A DNA stretch of 64,000 nucleotides from Oikopleura dioica. Lineage: Eukaryota > Animalia > Chordata. The position numbers and the translations under genes were made by a program. Each line of letters starts with the position of its first letter. The stretch's first letter is position 1. The DNA lies in NCBI GenBank assembly GCA_907165135.1, contig OU015566.1, positions 3,782,001 through 3,846,000 of the forward strand, read 5' to 3'. This document shows, piece after piece, positions 11,692-23,396 of this stretch. A model generated the notes under the pieces. The model did not search any database. It was not told the DNA's origin and was given only the letters and a program-made list of their open reading frames with translations.

Positions 11692-12820
11692 TTTCTGGTG
11701 ACTTTTGAACAGTTCGTTCGCTTTTTAAGGAGGGAAACAAAGATAAGGCAAATGTCAGAAGTCGTGCCGTTCCTACATAATTTTGATGACTTGGACATTT
11801 GTTCGGCAAAGGTCGGTCAAGTGCGCAACTACAGTAATAAGGGTCCGTTTTTTCATTATCTATGGAGACGATGAAGAAGCTCAACCCTCTGGTTTTTCTA
11901 TGAAGGCAATGCTCGTTCCACCGGAAACGACCGCGTCATCCCCAAGCGACAAATGTCAGCGGTTGCTCAACCAGGGTGGGCACACCCAAGGGCACGCATA
12001 CGTAACACTTTTTCTTCCTCGGTGACGTTCACACCGCACACACATTTTCACGCTTATCCGACTTTTAGGCACTGCTGACTCAATAATTAGTTGAAACAGG
12101 GGTTTTTTTATCCGTTTTCTTTTCCGAGAATTTCGAGTATTCTTAGGTTTAGGTTGGAGGTTGATGCGAATGGTCAATAATTTTTGCTAGGGTTTGACCT
12201 AGGGTTAGAGTTAGGGTTCAACTTCAAATCAGTCCATAAATATTTTATTTTGAAAAAAAATAATTATTAAAAAAAATAATTGCTGAAAAGATTATACTAA
12301 AAAAATAATTATTCAAAAAAAACATATTAAGATTTAAATAATTAAAAAAAATTATTAAAATATTAAAAAAATAATGAAAATTTTAGCTAAAATTTTAACG
12401 ATATTAATCTTTAGTCTTAGTTTTATAACAAAAAGTTCAGAAAAAATAATTTGACCAAAATGAGATGAATGAGAAAATGTGATAAAATGTGAGCTGAACG
12501 GAGGAAAATAGCGGTGATAAGAGGAGGTTTCGTGTGTTAAATTTGTTCCGGCAATTATGCCCGAGAAATTGGGCTGATTGAACAAATTCGCTTCGAGGTG
12601 CGCCGAGACCGTGTGTATCGGACAGAAAAGGCGACGGGCGGAAACGCTGCCACCACCACCAGACCGGGCTCAGGCGCGCCCTTCAGATCACGGCCAAAGA
12701 AAAACAAAAACTTTAAGAAAAAACGACAATAACACTCTCTAGAATCAACAAGAGAATAGTTCACGGCGAAAGTTGAAATCGGTAAGAACTGTACTGTACT
12801 GAAACAATCTTAAATTCGAC

Positions 12821-13034
12821 CCGGTTAACTCTAGAAAATCCCAAAAACCATTCAATTTGCATATCAATCGACTGGAAATTAACTTTTAAATAATTTTAAA
12901 CATGAACCGCGGTAAAACCGCCTGTTTAACTGCCCGGTTCGACCGCGGTTCATCGGTTAGTTGATTATGTTTTTAATTTCAAGTCGATTGATATCCATAT
13001 TGAGTGATTTTGGGGTTTTTATAGAGTTAACCGG
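12821..13034. mobile_element. Foldback (long imperfect palindrome) element in an intron upstream of the LARP6 coding region
   Basis: Arms CCGGTTAACTCTAGAAAATCCC...CATGAACCGCGGT and ACCGCGGTTCATC...GGGGTTTTTATAGAGTTAACCGG are imperfect reverse complements over about 95 bp. Confidence 0.75.
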
Positions 13035-13471
13035 AACGAACCGCATGGTTCACCGTGTGGTTCAATCGTGGTTGAACTTGGTTTTTGACTTTGTGCATCA
13101 TAAATCCGAATTTATTTTGAGCCTCTTCTGATAACGCAATAAATCATATTTCAAAACTGTACGAAACTTACACTTGATTGATTTCAGGGTTCTTATATTG
13201 CGTGAACTTGCCTTGGAGCAATTTCTGAGATTCCTAGAATCCGAACGTCCTGTCACGGGGAGAAGGAGACAAAAAGGCCACTACTCGCCGCGGCGGAACA
13301 AAGAACAACAACTCTCGACGTTCGGCCAAACAGACTTTTTTAAACCCTTTATCGCAACAAAAACGAAAAAGAGAGATAACGAAGCTGCAAGAAACAAGCA
13401 TCAGAAACAAGAAGATTGCCCTACATACTAAAGAGAACTTTGAAGAAAGAAAGACGATCCTTTTCTTTTGA

Positions 13472-15799
13472 ATGTCATATTATTATGGATACCCTTACGA
13501 TGGCGGATATACGATTTATACTCAAGGACCTCCTCCACCACCTCAAGGAAAATGTCAAAATGACATGTCTCCAGTTTGTTTTTTATTTTTTGGTTTAAAA
13601 AATGCGTTGTTTTTTTTATTTTATTTTGATTAAAATCTTTTTTATGGAAATTTAATAAAATTTATAAAAAATATATATTAATTTGGCAGATTCTCTTGTA
13701 TTATTTTTAGTTGAGTGGATACCCTTATTTTTCGTATTTTTTGACGCTCAAAAAGGCTTTCCCGTCCCACCACCTTACTATCCTCATCAACCTTATCCAA
13801 TGAGCCAGTTTGTCCCGACACCGACAGATTCAACTTCAGAAGCAAATTCTGAATGTTCAAGGTTTGAAACAGGCTTGCTGAAATAAACACTTGCTGACTG
13901 TTGTTTTTTGAAGTTCAAGCAACGGCGGTCTGCTGTGTACAAAGAAGCTGACGGAGAGCGTGCGTAAACTTTGCGAGGCGACTTTTTCGAACGCCGGCTT
14001 ATCCAGGGTAAGGGACACCGCAAGCGCATTGCCGCTGACTTTCAAATCCACAGATTTTCATTTTCTCAAGAACATCACATCTCACATGTGTCTCGAACGA
14101 CTTTTAGTGCTTCAGCTCTCTATTGAAAATTTGGCAACCGAAAATTTTTCAAGCTTTCTGTCATTTCGTTTGATTTTTCGAGGATAAATTGCTTATTTTT
14201 AGGAACCATACCTTGTCAAACAAATTGCAAGAACGACAGCTGGCTACATCTCGATCAAGCTTATCGCAAGCCTAAAGAAAATAAGAAAGATAACTAGGTC
14301 ACTTCAGGTAAGAAATATTATCAAAGATCAACGCTAGAATGGGGAGGTATCTGAAACCGACAAAAAAGTCGACAATTTTTACGTGGAAATTTTCGACCAA
14401 TCAGAAGCCCTGATTTTGCTTACAGTACTTACTTGGCCAGTCTGGCCAAGAGCAGCCGAGAAGCCGCCCACGCAAAATTTTTCGAAATTTTTTTGTCGGT
14501 TACTGTCGCCACCCCGCTAGAATGTCTGATAGAAAAGATAAGGAAAGTAATCATTAACAGATTTTAGATCTTGATCAATGCTCTGCGAGAAAGCGAAATT
14601 TTCGAAGTTTCTGAATGCTCCACCAAGGTAAAGTCCTTTTCTTATCAAGTCTTAAATTTTCAAAATTCAGGTGCGTCGAAAAGAACCGCTTCCGGAAACG
14701 CTGAAAGCAAAAAGATCGATCACGAGTGTGCTGGCCATCAATGTGGCGGAAGAAGACGCCGAAATAGAACGACTCTCGTCGCTGTTCAAAGAGTTTGGGA
14801 GAATTCAGCAAATGCGAATCGTCCCGCCCGATCGAAAATTGCCAGTTTACCTTCACGTGAGTCGACTTGTTTGACAGGCGCTTGTCGGCCAGAATTCAAC
14901 TGCTACTGCATTTTGTCAGCTTTAGCCTAGAAATCTTATTTTTTAAAGCTTGCCAGCGAACTCTAGAATAAACCGAATTGTTCAGGGATACGCGACACAA
15001 GTTCCAGAACTCGGGAAAGAAATCTGCGCGATTGTAGAATTTGAAAACGAAGAATCAGCGAAAAACGCGGTCGCTGGATTTTCAGAAAATGACCTTTCCC
15101 AGATGCGAGTGGCGTTACTTGGTCCCAAGCTCAGGCGCAATTTGTACCACGTTAACCATGACAGGTAAGAAAGTTCACATTCATTTCAGTCTCAGAAAGG
15201 GTTCATGATAAGGGGACTCGGGCCCAAAGAGGGTCCCCTTGGAGGCCCCTTAGGGGGTCAAGGTCAGGGTTAGGGTTAGGGTTAGAGTTAGAGTTAGGTT
15301 CGTTATTTTAAGGGGGTGCCTAACGAAAAACCTCCGATTTATGATTCTGATTGACAATTTTATTCCAGTTTTGAGGATGAAGAAAGCGAAGAGTTTCTAG
15401 TTTACTGACTAAAATGGAGTATATTTGTGCTTGCATTGAAATTTTTTACAAAAAATTTTCTGTTTCAAGAATTCAATCTCTCATTCCACCATTTTTTCTT
15501 GAGTTCTTTTGATAGAAAATTGCATTTTGAGTTATTTTTTACAAAATAAGGAGCGAACTAGCCCTCATTTATCTCAAGCATTGTTTAGGCGCTCTGGGAC
15601 CTCATCCTGCCAGTCGTCGATCATCTCCTCCCTCGATACGTCGCTAGAAGAGTGCCACATCACCGACACGATTGGCACCGACACCGACTCGGGCATCTTC
15701 TCGCCCCGCTCAAAAGCTGCAAATCAAGAGCAATCCACTTCTTCCAAAAATTTAACGCCCAGTAAAAAGGTAGAAACTGAAGAAAATTCAGAAGATTAG
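13472..15799 (+). CDS. LARP6: La-related protein 6 (LAM + RRM)
   Basis: LAM (FSNAGLSREPYLVKQIARTTAGYISIKLIASLKKIRKIT) and RRM (FKEFGRIQQMRIVPP...ICAIVEFENEESA...MRVALLGPK). Pro/Tyr-rich N-terminus. Confidence 0.85.
15263..15300 (+). repeat. Interstitial telomere-like TTAGGG/TTAGAG repeats in a LARP6 intron (similar degenerate tract at about 12188-12220)
   Basis: gtcagggttagggttagggttagagttagagttaggtt seen directly. Confidence 0.8.
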
Positions 15800-15966
15800 C
15801 GAAAAAGAAAAAGAATCAAATTAAAATTAAATCTATCAATTTTCTCATTTTGTCAAAGAGGCTGTCTGTAGACTTTTCTGTACACAAACGATTCAAACTA
15901 CTAAAAGTAACACACAAATAAAAAAAAATCAAAATATGTTTCGTTCGATTTTTTTTTTATTTTTTA

Positions 15967-16545
15967 TTAAATAATTGATTCGAAAGAATCAAGTTGTGAA
16001 TAAGAAGGAAGAAAGTCATTCAAATCTGGTTTCTCCTTGATGAAAGTTATGTTTTCTCCATGAAAAGAGGCCTGTTCGTAAGTTGGAATTGAGTCCGGAC
16101 TGTTTCGATTGTCTTCGATCTGAGCTGACAAAATTTCATTCGGCTCTTGGGCGTTTTCATCTGTGAAAAAGGTTGAGTAATTGCATTAATAATTTATGAT
16201 TTTTACTGACTTTGAACCTTACCTGGCAGTTCCAAGAGTTTTTCTTTTAATCTTTCGCAGTAGCAAGTTGAAATTCTTGCGAAAAACCAACCACTAATGC
16301 AGCCAAAAATAATCGATAATATTCCAACGACAGGAAACAAGTATACAAAAGCAACTGAAACTAAAATAAAAAAGTTATTATTGATAATTCATCATACAAG
16401 GGCTGTGGCAATATGACCTCCCGAGGAAAAAGCAAAGAATATCATCGATAATACCAGCCATTAATAAACTGTAGAGGGAAACTCCAATACAAAATCCAAT
16501 GAGTCCACAAAAGCACTTTCCCAGTGAAGAACATTTGAAACACAT
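15967..16545 (-). CDS. Two-TM Cys-rich membrane protein with cytoplasmic PY-like motifs
   Basis: Three exons with GT-AG introns: MCFKCSSLGKCFCGLIGFCIG...VFLFPVVGILSIIFG-type hydrophobic segments, tail containing IPTYEQA and LPSYSQL. Confidence 0.6.
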
Positions 16546-16791
16546 TATTTTTTCTCTCCGTTCTGATCGGTATGATACGGTTGATGTAAAGTGCAGAATG
16601 CATATGACAAAGCCCCTTGGGAATGCATAAATGGATGATATTGAATCATATGTCACGTGTCTTCTCAAGGTCAAGTGATCTAGCTTCTTTGTAGGATTAT
16701 ATGCAGAATACGAAGTTTTGGTATGTACCGAAGCATAAATATTTTTCCGTCGAAAAAGGATGAAAAATCTTGAGTCATAATTCGAGCGGAA

Positions 16792-19700
16792 ATGAAAGGC
16801 GACAAAAACCCTGATGAAGCAAATTTATTTGATTGCTTTAAATTCCCCAAACCTATGAGAGATAGAAGCAAAAGAAGATCGTCTTCAAAAAGTATCGTCT
16901 CAAGTAAAGGAGTTCCTGAGTCTGTTGGCTGGATGGAGGTCATGTCGAAAGTTCGGTTAGTTTCTGCGAGGAAATGATCTTTTTCAGTTGATTTTAAGGG
17001 TTGAAAAGGCGGAAATAGAAGAAGTTGAAAAGGCTGAACCTGTGTGGGCTGAATTCTACATCGAAGAAAATGCGGAGATATACGACGATTTAGAAGTTGT
17101 ATATGAACGGGTTTTTCCTCAATAAAAAGGATAGCAGTCTGAAAGAAAGAAAAGCCTTCGAAAAGTCTGATATCAAAATTGAAAGTCTTCGTCGAAAACC
17201 GACTCGACGACAAAAATCATCGCCTCTCATCGACAACATGACGGAAAAACTCTTTGACAATATATTTGAAGGTATTTTCTTCCTTGATTTCAGCAAACTT
17301 ACTTTTCAGATTTTCTTCGATCCGAGACCTTGAAAAAAATCGACGAGTATGTCCAGGAACAGCCGGTTAGGCTGAAACCGATGAATTCGGTTGAAAACAG
17401 CTCGACAAATACAGAAACAGATTTGACGATCGAAAGCGATCCTACTTCTATTGAAACGACTTACAGAAAGTCGTCGGTAAAAGAACGGAGATCCTTAAGG
17501 GTGTACCAAGCGAAAAAAATCAAGTTTCATTCCGACCAAGATTGCTTGCTATAATTTTCGAATTCAAGCTTGGTAGACCCTTAAGTCGCCGAAACATCGA
17601 AACCCTTCGAAATTTTCTCAAAATTGAAGACGAAAAGTCACCATCAAGAATGAATGATGCTCAAATTGACGGATTCTCGAGCTCCGAGGAATCCTCCTTT
17701 CGATTCTTAAGGCCGGAAAGTCAATCAAAGAAGCCAAAGAAACGAAAAATTAAAAAGAAAAGAAGGGAAGATGCTGAAATTATCAAAAACACCCTTTCGG
17801 CGAAACCGTTTTTGAAAGTTCTCGTGAAGCATTTGTTGGCTCTCGAATAAGCTGCAAAAACTGAACACGGTCTTGCGTAGGAAAAAGTACTGGTATATTT
17901 GTAGTGCTCCGAGAAGCGAGCGAGAACGAAGTGTGTAAAAGTGGCAGCGCGCTCCGCATAAATACGTTGCGCGAGAAAAACATGAAAACAAGATAGAATC
18001 AGGATCGGCTTTTTTCGTGAACCACAACAGCCCCCCAGACGATGATGATTCTAGGGTGATGAGTAGAGTTGACTGGGCGCGCTGCGCAGGTTTTGAGCAC
18101 GAGCACGGTGATTCGGAAGAGAAGAAGCAGGCGATCAGGGTGAAATTGTAGAAGAAGAGAACTAGAGATAAGTTGTAAGTGTAGATTTACCAGGGCGAGA
18201 GCTGGATTTGGAGTTGTAGAGAGAAGCCAGGTAGCGGCGAGATTGAGAGAAGTCAGGATTGCCAGGGCAGTAGCTGGGCTTGTAGATGTAGAGGCAAGTA
18301 GTACCAGGGCTAGAGCTGGGTTTGAAGAGCGGTGAGGATTGCCAGGAGTAGGGCTGGTCTTGGTAGATTTGAGTAGTAGTGCCAGGGCTTGAGCTGGGCT
18401 TGGTGAGAGTTGATTGAGGTTGAGGAGGTTGCCAGGGCGAGTGCTGGGCTTGGAAGAGAGAGGTGTGCCAGGACGAAAACTGGGCTTAGAAGTTGAGATT
18501 GTAGTTGTCAAAGTAGTTGACGTAGTAATTGTCGGAGTTGTAGTTGAGAGTCTGCGAAGTCGATCAGCTGAGTTTCGTGCGTCTTGAGTCGAGCGCAGGG
18601 TAGAGATGAGAGACAGGAGAAGCGAGCGAAGGATGCATCGTACCCCCCGAGCTGAGGACGAGCAGAGAGTTGAGTTGAGAAGAGAGGAGTAGTATTTGTA
18701 GTTGTTAGTATTTATATGAATTGGTGAAGAGGTGAAGAGATTAAAATTTTTTTTGTAGTTTCGGCGATCAAAATCATGTCAGTAGAGTTGAGCGGAGGTC
18801 AAACTGTTAAGTTGAAGATGGCGGGAAGATCTCTCGCGAGATTTAAGTTGAACTTGAGTGGCGATGTGGCCAGGACTCGAAGATTGAGAGAAGATCGCTC
18901 GTGAGATCGACGTTGGCGATTTTGATGCAGAGTGCCGTTTGAGATGTGAGGTTTTGGCGGGAGATTTCCATGTGTCAACGGAGAAAGGAGTTGAGGGGAG
19001 GTCGAACGCGTTGAAACTGACGTTGACGGCGTTGAGCACGAGAAAATCGAGGTAAGTGGCTCAGACGGTTGAACTACCTTTTTAGGGCACTCTTTATGTG
19101 CCGAAAACTCGACACGAGTAAAGAGTGACGCGCGTACGCGGTTTGATTCATGCGCCAGCTAACAGTAAACCAGCGAGAGAGAGGTTGTTGTCGTAGCCAA
19201 CGTTGAGCGCAAGGAAACAACGGCGGGGATGTCCAGAGGTGGCCAGGTGACGTTCGTTCTCTACCAGCGAAGAGTAGACGAGATTCCAACAATAAAAAAT
19301 CGAAGTTTTTTAGATGAAGGGCGAGGGTTCTAGTAGTCCTGGTACCATTTATGTTGGCTCTCGAATAAGCTGCAAAAACTGAACACGGTTCTTGCGTAGA
19401 GAAAACTGGTATATTTTGTAGTGCTCCGAGAAGCGAGCGAGAACGAAGTGTGTAAAAGTGGCAGCGCGCTCCGCATAAATACGTTGCGCGAGAAAAACAT
19501 GAAAACAAGATAGAATCAGGATCGGCTTTTTTCGTGAACCACAACACATTCCTCAAAAGAAGCACTTCAGTAAGTTTTTCTTCTTTTCGAAACTTTTTTG
19601 AGTGGAATTCTAGCGTGGAAATAGAAGATGATGAGCTTTATGAAATGCTGCTTAGTCGAGGAACAGCCGATGAAGATCTTACAGAAAAACTATCCAACTG

Positions 19701-20225
19701 CACTGTTCTCGCTGAAAATCTCAATAACAGGTTTGTTCTTTATCGAGAAATGATTGACAAAACGGTCATTTGAGGCTACAAAAATTGAATGAAAACCTCG
19801 ACAAGCAGTTGGCCCAAGAGCCAGTTGATGCAAAAGAAAATAAGAAACAGCTTGAGCCGTATAGAACTCCCAGGTATTCCTTATTGAGGTAGCCGTTTAA
19901 GCTTCTCTCAAACTTCAGTCCTACTAAATTCGTCGTGCCAAAGACAGCCAAGCCAATTCGTTCCTTATCCGTTCCTGGCTCCTATCTTCGACCTTCCAAG
20001 AAGAAAGGTAAGATAATCAATCAAATAAATCCACAAATCCGTCCTCTAGAAATCATGCCCGACAACGACTACTATGAAGAAGACCAAACTCCGCTCAACT
20101 CCGAGCTCACCCTGCTCTCCTCCTTCACCGACTGTAATCGACCCGCTAGTCATTCGCTTTCAGACATTTCATCGCGCGTCTCTGTCCGAGATCTCCGTCG
20201 AAAATTTGAAAAATCTGCTGAATAA
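16792..20225 (+). CDS. Unknown multi-exon Ser/Lys-rich protein, interrupted by the LTR element
   Basis: ORF segments flank the insertion. Removing the element and one CATT restores ...KVLVKHSSKEAL, then a GTAAGT intron, then HVEIEDDELYEML... The gene ends SVRDLRRKFEKSAE*. The 5' exons are not fully resolved. Confidence 0.5.
17834..19546 (-). mobile_element. Non-autonomous LTR retroelement (1713 bp; TRIM/LARD-like)
   Basis: About 195-bp direct repeats at 17834-18029 and 19352-19546 with TG...CA ends and a 4-bp TSD (CATT). On the minus strand, a PBS-like TGGTACCAGGA follows the 5' LTR and a G6 PPT precedes the 3' LTR. No gag/pol similarity recognised. Confidence 0.93.
18190..18487 (-). repeat. 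Repeat-spacer array of 20-nt hairpin motifs inside the LTR element
   Basis: Seven copies of CCAGGRC-N4-GCTGGGCTT-like motif (+ strand) at 18190, 18262, 18304, 18342, 18382, 18432 and 18468, plus a partial copy at about 18227, separated by non-identical spacers. Confidence 0.85.
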
Positions 20226-20239
20226 GATTTCAAAAAGTT

Positions 20240-20311
20240 TGACCCCTACGTGATTCGAACACGCAACCTTCTGATCTGGAGTCAGACGCGCTACCGTTGC
20301 GCCAAGGAGTC
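20240..20311 (-). tRNA. trnW-CCA: tRNA-Trp (CCA)
   Basis: GACTCCTTGGCGCAACGGTAGCGCGTCTGACTCCAGATCAGAAGGTTGCGTGTTCGAATCACGTAGGGGTCA: cloverleaf, CCA anticodon, A/B boxes, downstream T5 terminator. Confidence 0.97.
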
Positions 20312-20454
20312 AGCTGACAGCGCCGCTCCTTGGTGCAAATATATCGGCAATAGATGCATGCTTGTATTGGTTGAATGAGTCATTTCGAAACGCAAAATTC
20401 AAACAAGAAAGAATCCATTGAAAAACGCAGGGAACGAGAAAGTACCTAGAGAGA

Positions 20455-21415
20455 ATGTCCCGTTTCGTGAATAAAGTCGCGCTAGTTACAGGTGCTGCCA
20501 GTGGAGTCGGACGAGCGATCAGCAGAAAACTAGCAAACGAAGGCTGTGCTGTTGCCCTGGTCGATCTGAATACAGACTCCTTGGCGGAAGAATTCGAGTA
20601 TTTGAAGAAGAAGAATATGCAGGTCTCTGCTCATGATATCGACTTGTCGGATGTTTCCCAATTTGAACAGCTCATGGAAAATGTCATCAAAGGTAAACTT
20701 TAGCAGCAAAGTAGTTTCTCTTTTTTAATATTAATATTCTTAAGAGCATGGTCAACTAAATGCACTTTTCAACAACGCCGGAGTCATCGGAGCGGGAAAA
20801 ATCGGCGAACTGGACCCTGATACATTCGATCAGCTCACCGCCATCCATCTCAAAGCGCCTATATTTCTCACACAAGGTTATCTTTTCTCGCTTTTATTAC
20901 TTACAAAAAGTTCAGCGGCGATGCCATTCCTGTCAAAAACACAAGGCGCAGTGGTGAATACTTCTTCCGCATCTGGGACAACAACCTTTCCTCTCCTTTT
21001 GACGATGTACGGGACCTTGAAAGGAGGACTGGCTCATTTTACGAAGTACACAGCAGCTCATGGATTTAGGCATTCGGGAGTTCGGGCAAATGCGATTGCT
21101 CCAGGTTCGTTTTTTCCAATTATTTGCTTTTAACGCACTTTTCAAAAAGGTGTGATCCGAACAGGAATGACGGAAAACATCTACTTTGACGAAGAAGTGG
21201 GCAATTTGGAAATGCAGCAGTGCGTTCGAAATGCTGCTCCTGTCGGCGGCGGAATCATTGACGTAGAAGACTTCGCTGCCACGGCTGTTTTTCTCGCTTC
21301 AGATGAGGCGAAGAGCATTACTGGGCAAATCTTGACAATTGACGGCGGACGAGGAGTGATTCCTGATGAAGCTTTTATGACTAAATTGAGCAAACCCTAC
21401 TGGATGAAAAAATAA
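20455..21415 (+). CDS. Classical short-chain dehydrogenase/reductase (FabG-like)
   Basis: VALVTGAASGVGRA, VVNTSS, catalytic YGTLK, VRANAIAPG, ITGQILTIDGG across 4 exons. Confidence 0.92.
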
Positions 21416-22819
21416 ACCACCTGATCATCCCAGTTGAAGATGAACTCAAAGAACTCTGTCTAAACTTACCCTTATTAAAATGTAATGCATGCATTTTTTG
21501 ACTAAATTTTGAGTGGACATATCAGAGAAATGTCAGTGGATCTCCTCGATGATGTAATTGAATGACACTTCTTTATTTTACCGGTTTTCTGATTGACTGA
21601 AGGAAGCAGTTATTCAATAGCTAATTGACGTTAGCTTTATTGGCAAGTTGATTATCTAGCATTTGGTTCGTACAAGAAGAAGTTCATTGAGAAGATTTCG
21701 TAGGTCCCAGTTTAGGGCTCTTTTGTACATAAAATCATTAAAAAAACACAAAAGTTGCTGAATCTGGAAAAATATGCTTGATGCAGACTTTAATCAAGGT
21801 GATTAATTAAATTCTGGAAGTTCGCCTGTTCTGTGATCTTGACGCAAAATTGATCCAAAACATGATGTTTAGCGGCTTTCTAGGTTGCTCTTTTTACAAG
21901 TCGACAGAAATACAGTGTAAATATCTGGTTCACTGGTTTTGGTTTAAACAAGGATGAGCAATGCACTTTGAAATCGACGATGACATATCGAAGCTTTCGT
22001 CTTTGCATGTTGGATAATCGTTTTGATTAACGGTTAACTTGATTCCATTACAATCTGGAATATCAAATTGCATGCAATTGTCTCTCCAGTGCGAAGCGAT
22101 TTCGCGTCGCAAAAAAGCGAACTCGCGAGAAACCTGCCAAGCTGGTAGGATGAAGAAGAAGCTTTGATTTTAACACAGACGTTAAAATAATTAAATTTTC
22201 AGGGAGAATCTTCAGCCAAAAGGTTCAGCAAGGCGCTTTCCTGAGTGCTCTTAGATAAAAATCTACGGAAGATAGTGCATTATAAAATGAAAATGTATCC
22301 GTCGTTCGTTCGTTATAACTGCGGTAATGGTGTTTTTTTTTCTATTTTCACCTTGATTTGCCAAAACTACTATTAGTTGCTATTTACTATAAGTAGGCCT
22401 TTGTTCTAACAAAAATCTGACCCAGTTTTTTGGCCAGTTTGCCCTGCTCCGGAACTCTGCCTGAAACGATCATTTTCCGGACGAGGTAGACTTGCTTTGT
22501 TCTTTCATGGAATTGGGGTCAGTGTCGGAGCTATCTGTATCCATACGAGTCTTAACCTTTTCATTCCCTTATTCTCCGATGCAGCAACAGTTTGCAGCAA
22601 CAAGTACCGGATTGAACTGAGCAGTAGACATGTAAGTGGCAAAAGTAAAAACAAAAGCATTTATTAAAGATTTTCGTCATTGGCACCCGTCAAGGTACTA
22701 TTGGGATTTTTAGACAACAATTATCTTGCAACCTCAACGATGCATTTTTAAACGCGGCTCTTTCTTATCCCCGTCATTCAATTAATTAAATCATATGGCT
22801 AGCGCCTTTGAGCGCTGAG

Positions 22820-22853
22820 TATAAAAGAAGGGGAGCTGTGGATACAAATCATT
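22820..22853 (+). promoter_or_regulatory. TATA box plus Inr-like element
   Basis: TATAAAAG at 22820-22827 and TCATT about 30 nt downstream; leads into spliced exons and the small ORF at 23322. Confidence 0.55.
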
Positions 22854-23321
22854 AAAAAAACTCACTTGTCTTTTTAGATCAAGAACAAAAAAAAAGAACC
22901 TTTTTCAAAAAGATGATTCTTGGATTTTTGTGAACAGGGTCAAAATTAAGTCCTTTTCTTATTCTGAACGAAAAATTGCTTTAGTAGAATCTTGATACTC
23001 GCGGTATCCTTAATTTTGACCCGATTTTAGTCACTTATTCTTTCCGTTTCCGCGAGTTTTCTTCCCGAATCTCGATTCCAGCAGCGAGATCTCACTGAGG
23101 TAAGAATTCTAGGGCTCCTGAATCTAGCCGCAAGATTCTAGGGCGTCAACGGCGATCCAAAAAAGGTCTCCTAGACCTAGATAAGGGCGTCACAGCCTTA
23201 ACCCTAGCCAATCTCACCTTTTTTCCTGATCATTTTTGTCTATTCAATTTTTCGACAATCATTTCAGCTCTAGAAATTTCCCAACCTAGAAAACATCGAA
23301 TTTTAGAACTACAAAAACTAC

Positions 23322-23396
23322 ATGTCATCCCCTTACGATGACGACACTGGATCAATGAGCAACTTCCTCCTCAGAAAACGAAGCTTCCGACTTTAA
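23322..23396 (+). CDS. Candidate 24-aa micropeptide MSSPYDDDTGSMSNFLLRKRSFRL
   Basis: First ATG after a GTAAG...TTTCAG intron (23100-23269); upstream frames contain stops; AATAAA at about 23433. Confidence 0.4.
   Translation: MSSPYDDDTGSMSNFLLRKRSFRL

Noticed and set aside
11800-12060. GC-richer, hairpin-prone island upstream of the carotenoid oxygenase as a possible ncRNA
   Set aside because: No recognisable U1-U6, U3, SRP, RNase P/MRP or telomerase-template motifs; may be UTR or promoter. An Infernal/Rfam search would be decisive.
18190-18487. Formal CRISPR call for the hairpin array
   Set aside because: Eukaryotic context, degenerate repeats, no cas genes, and it lies inside an LTR element. 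Reported as a repeat array instead.
21930-22640. Short Cys-containing ORFs and GC-richer patches
   Set aside because: No consistent exon chain or motif could be built on either strand.
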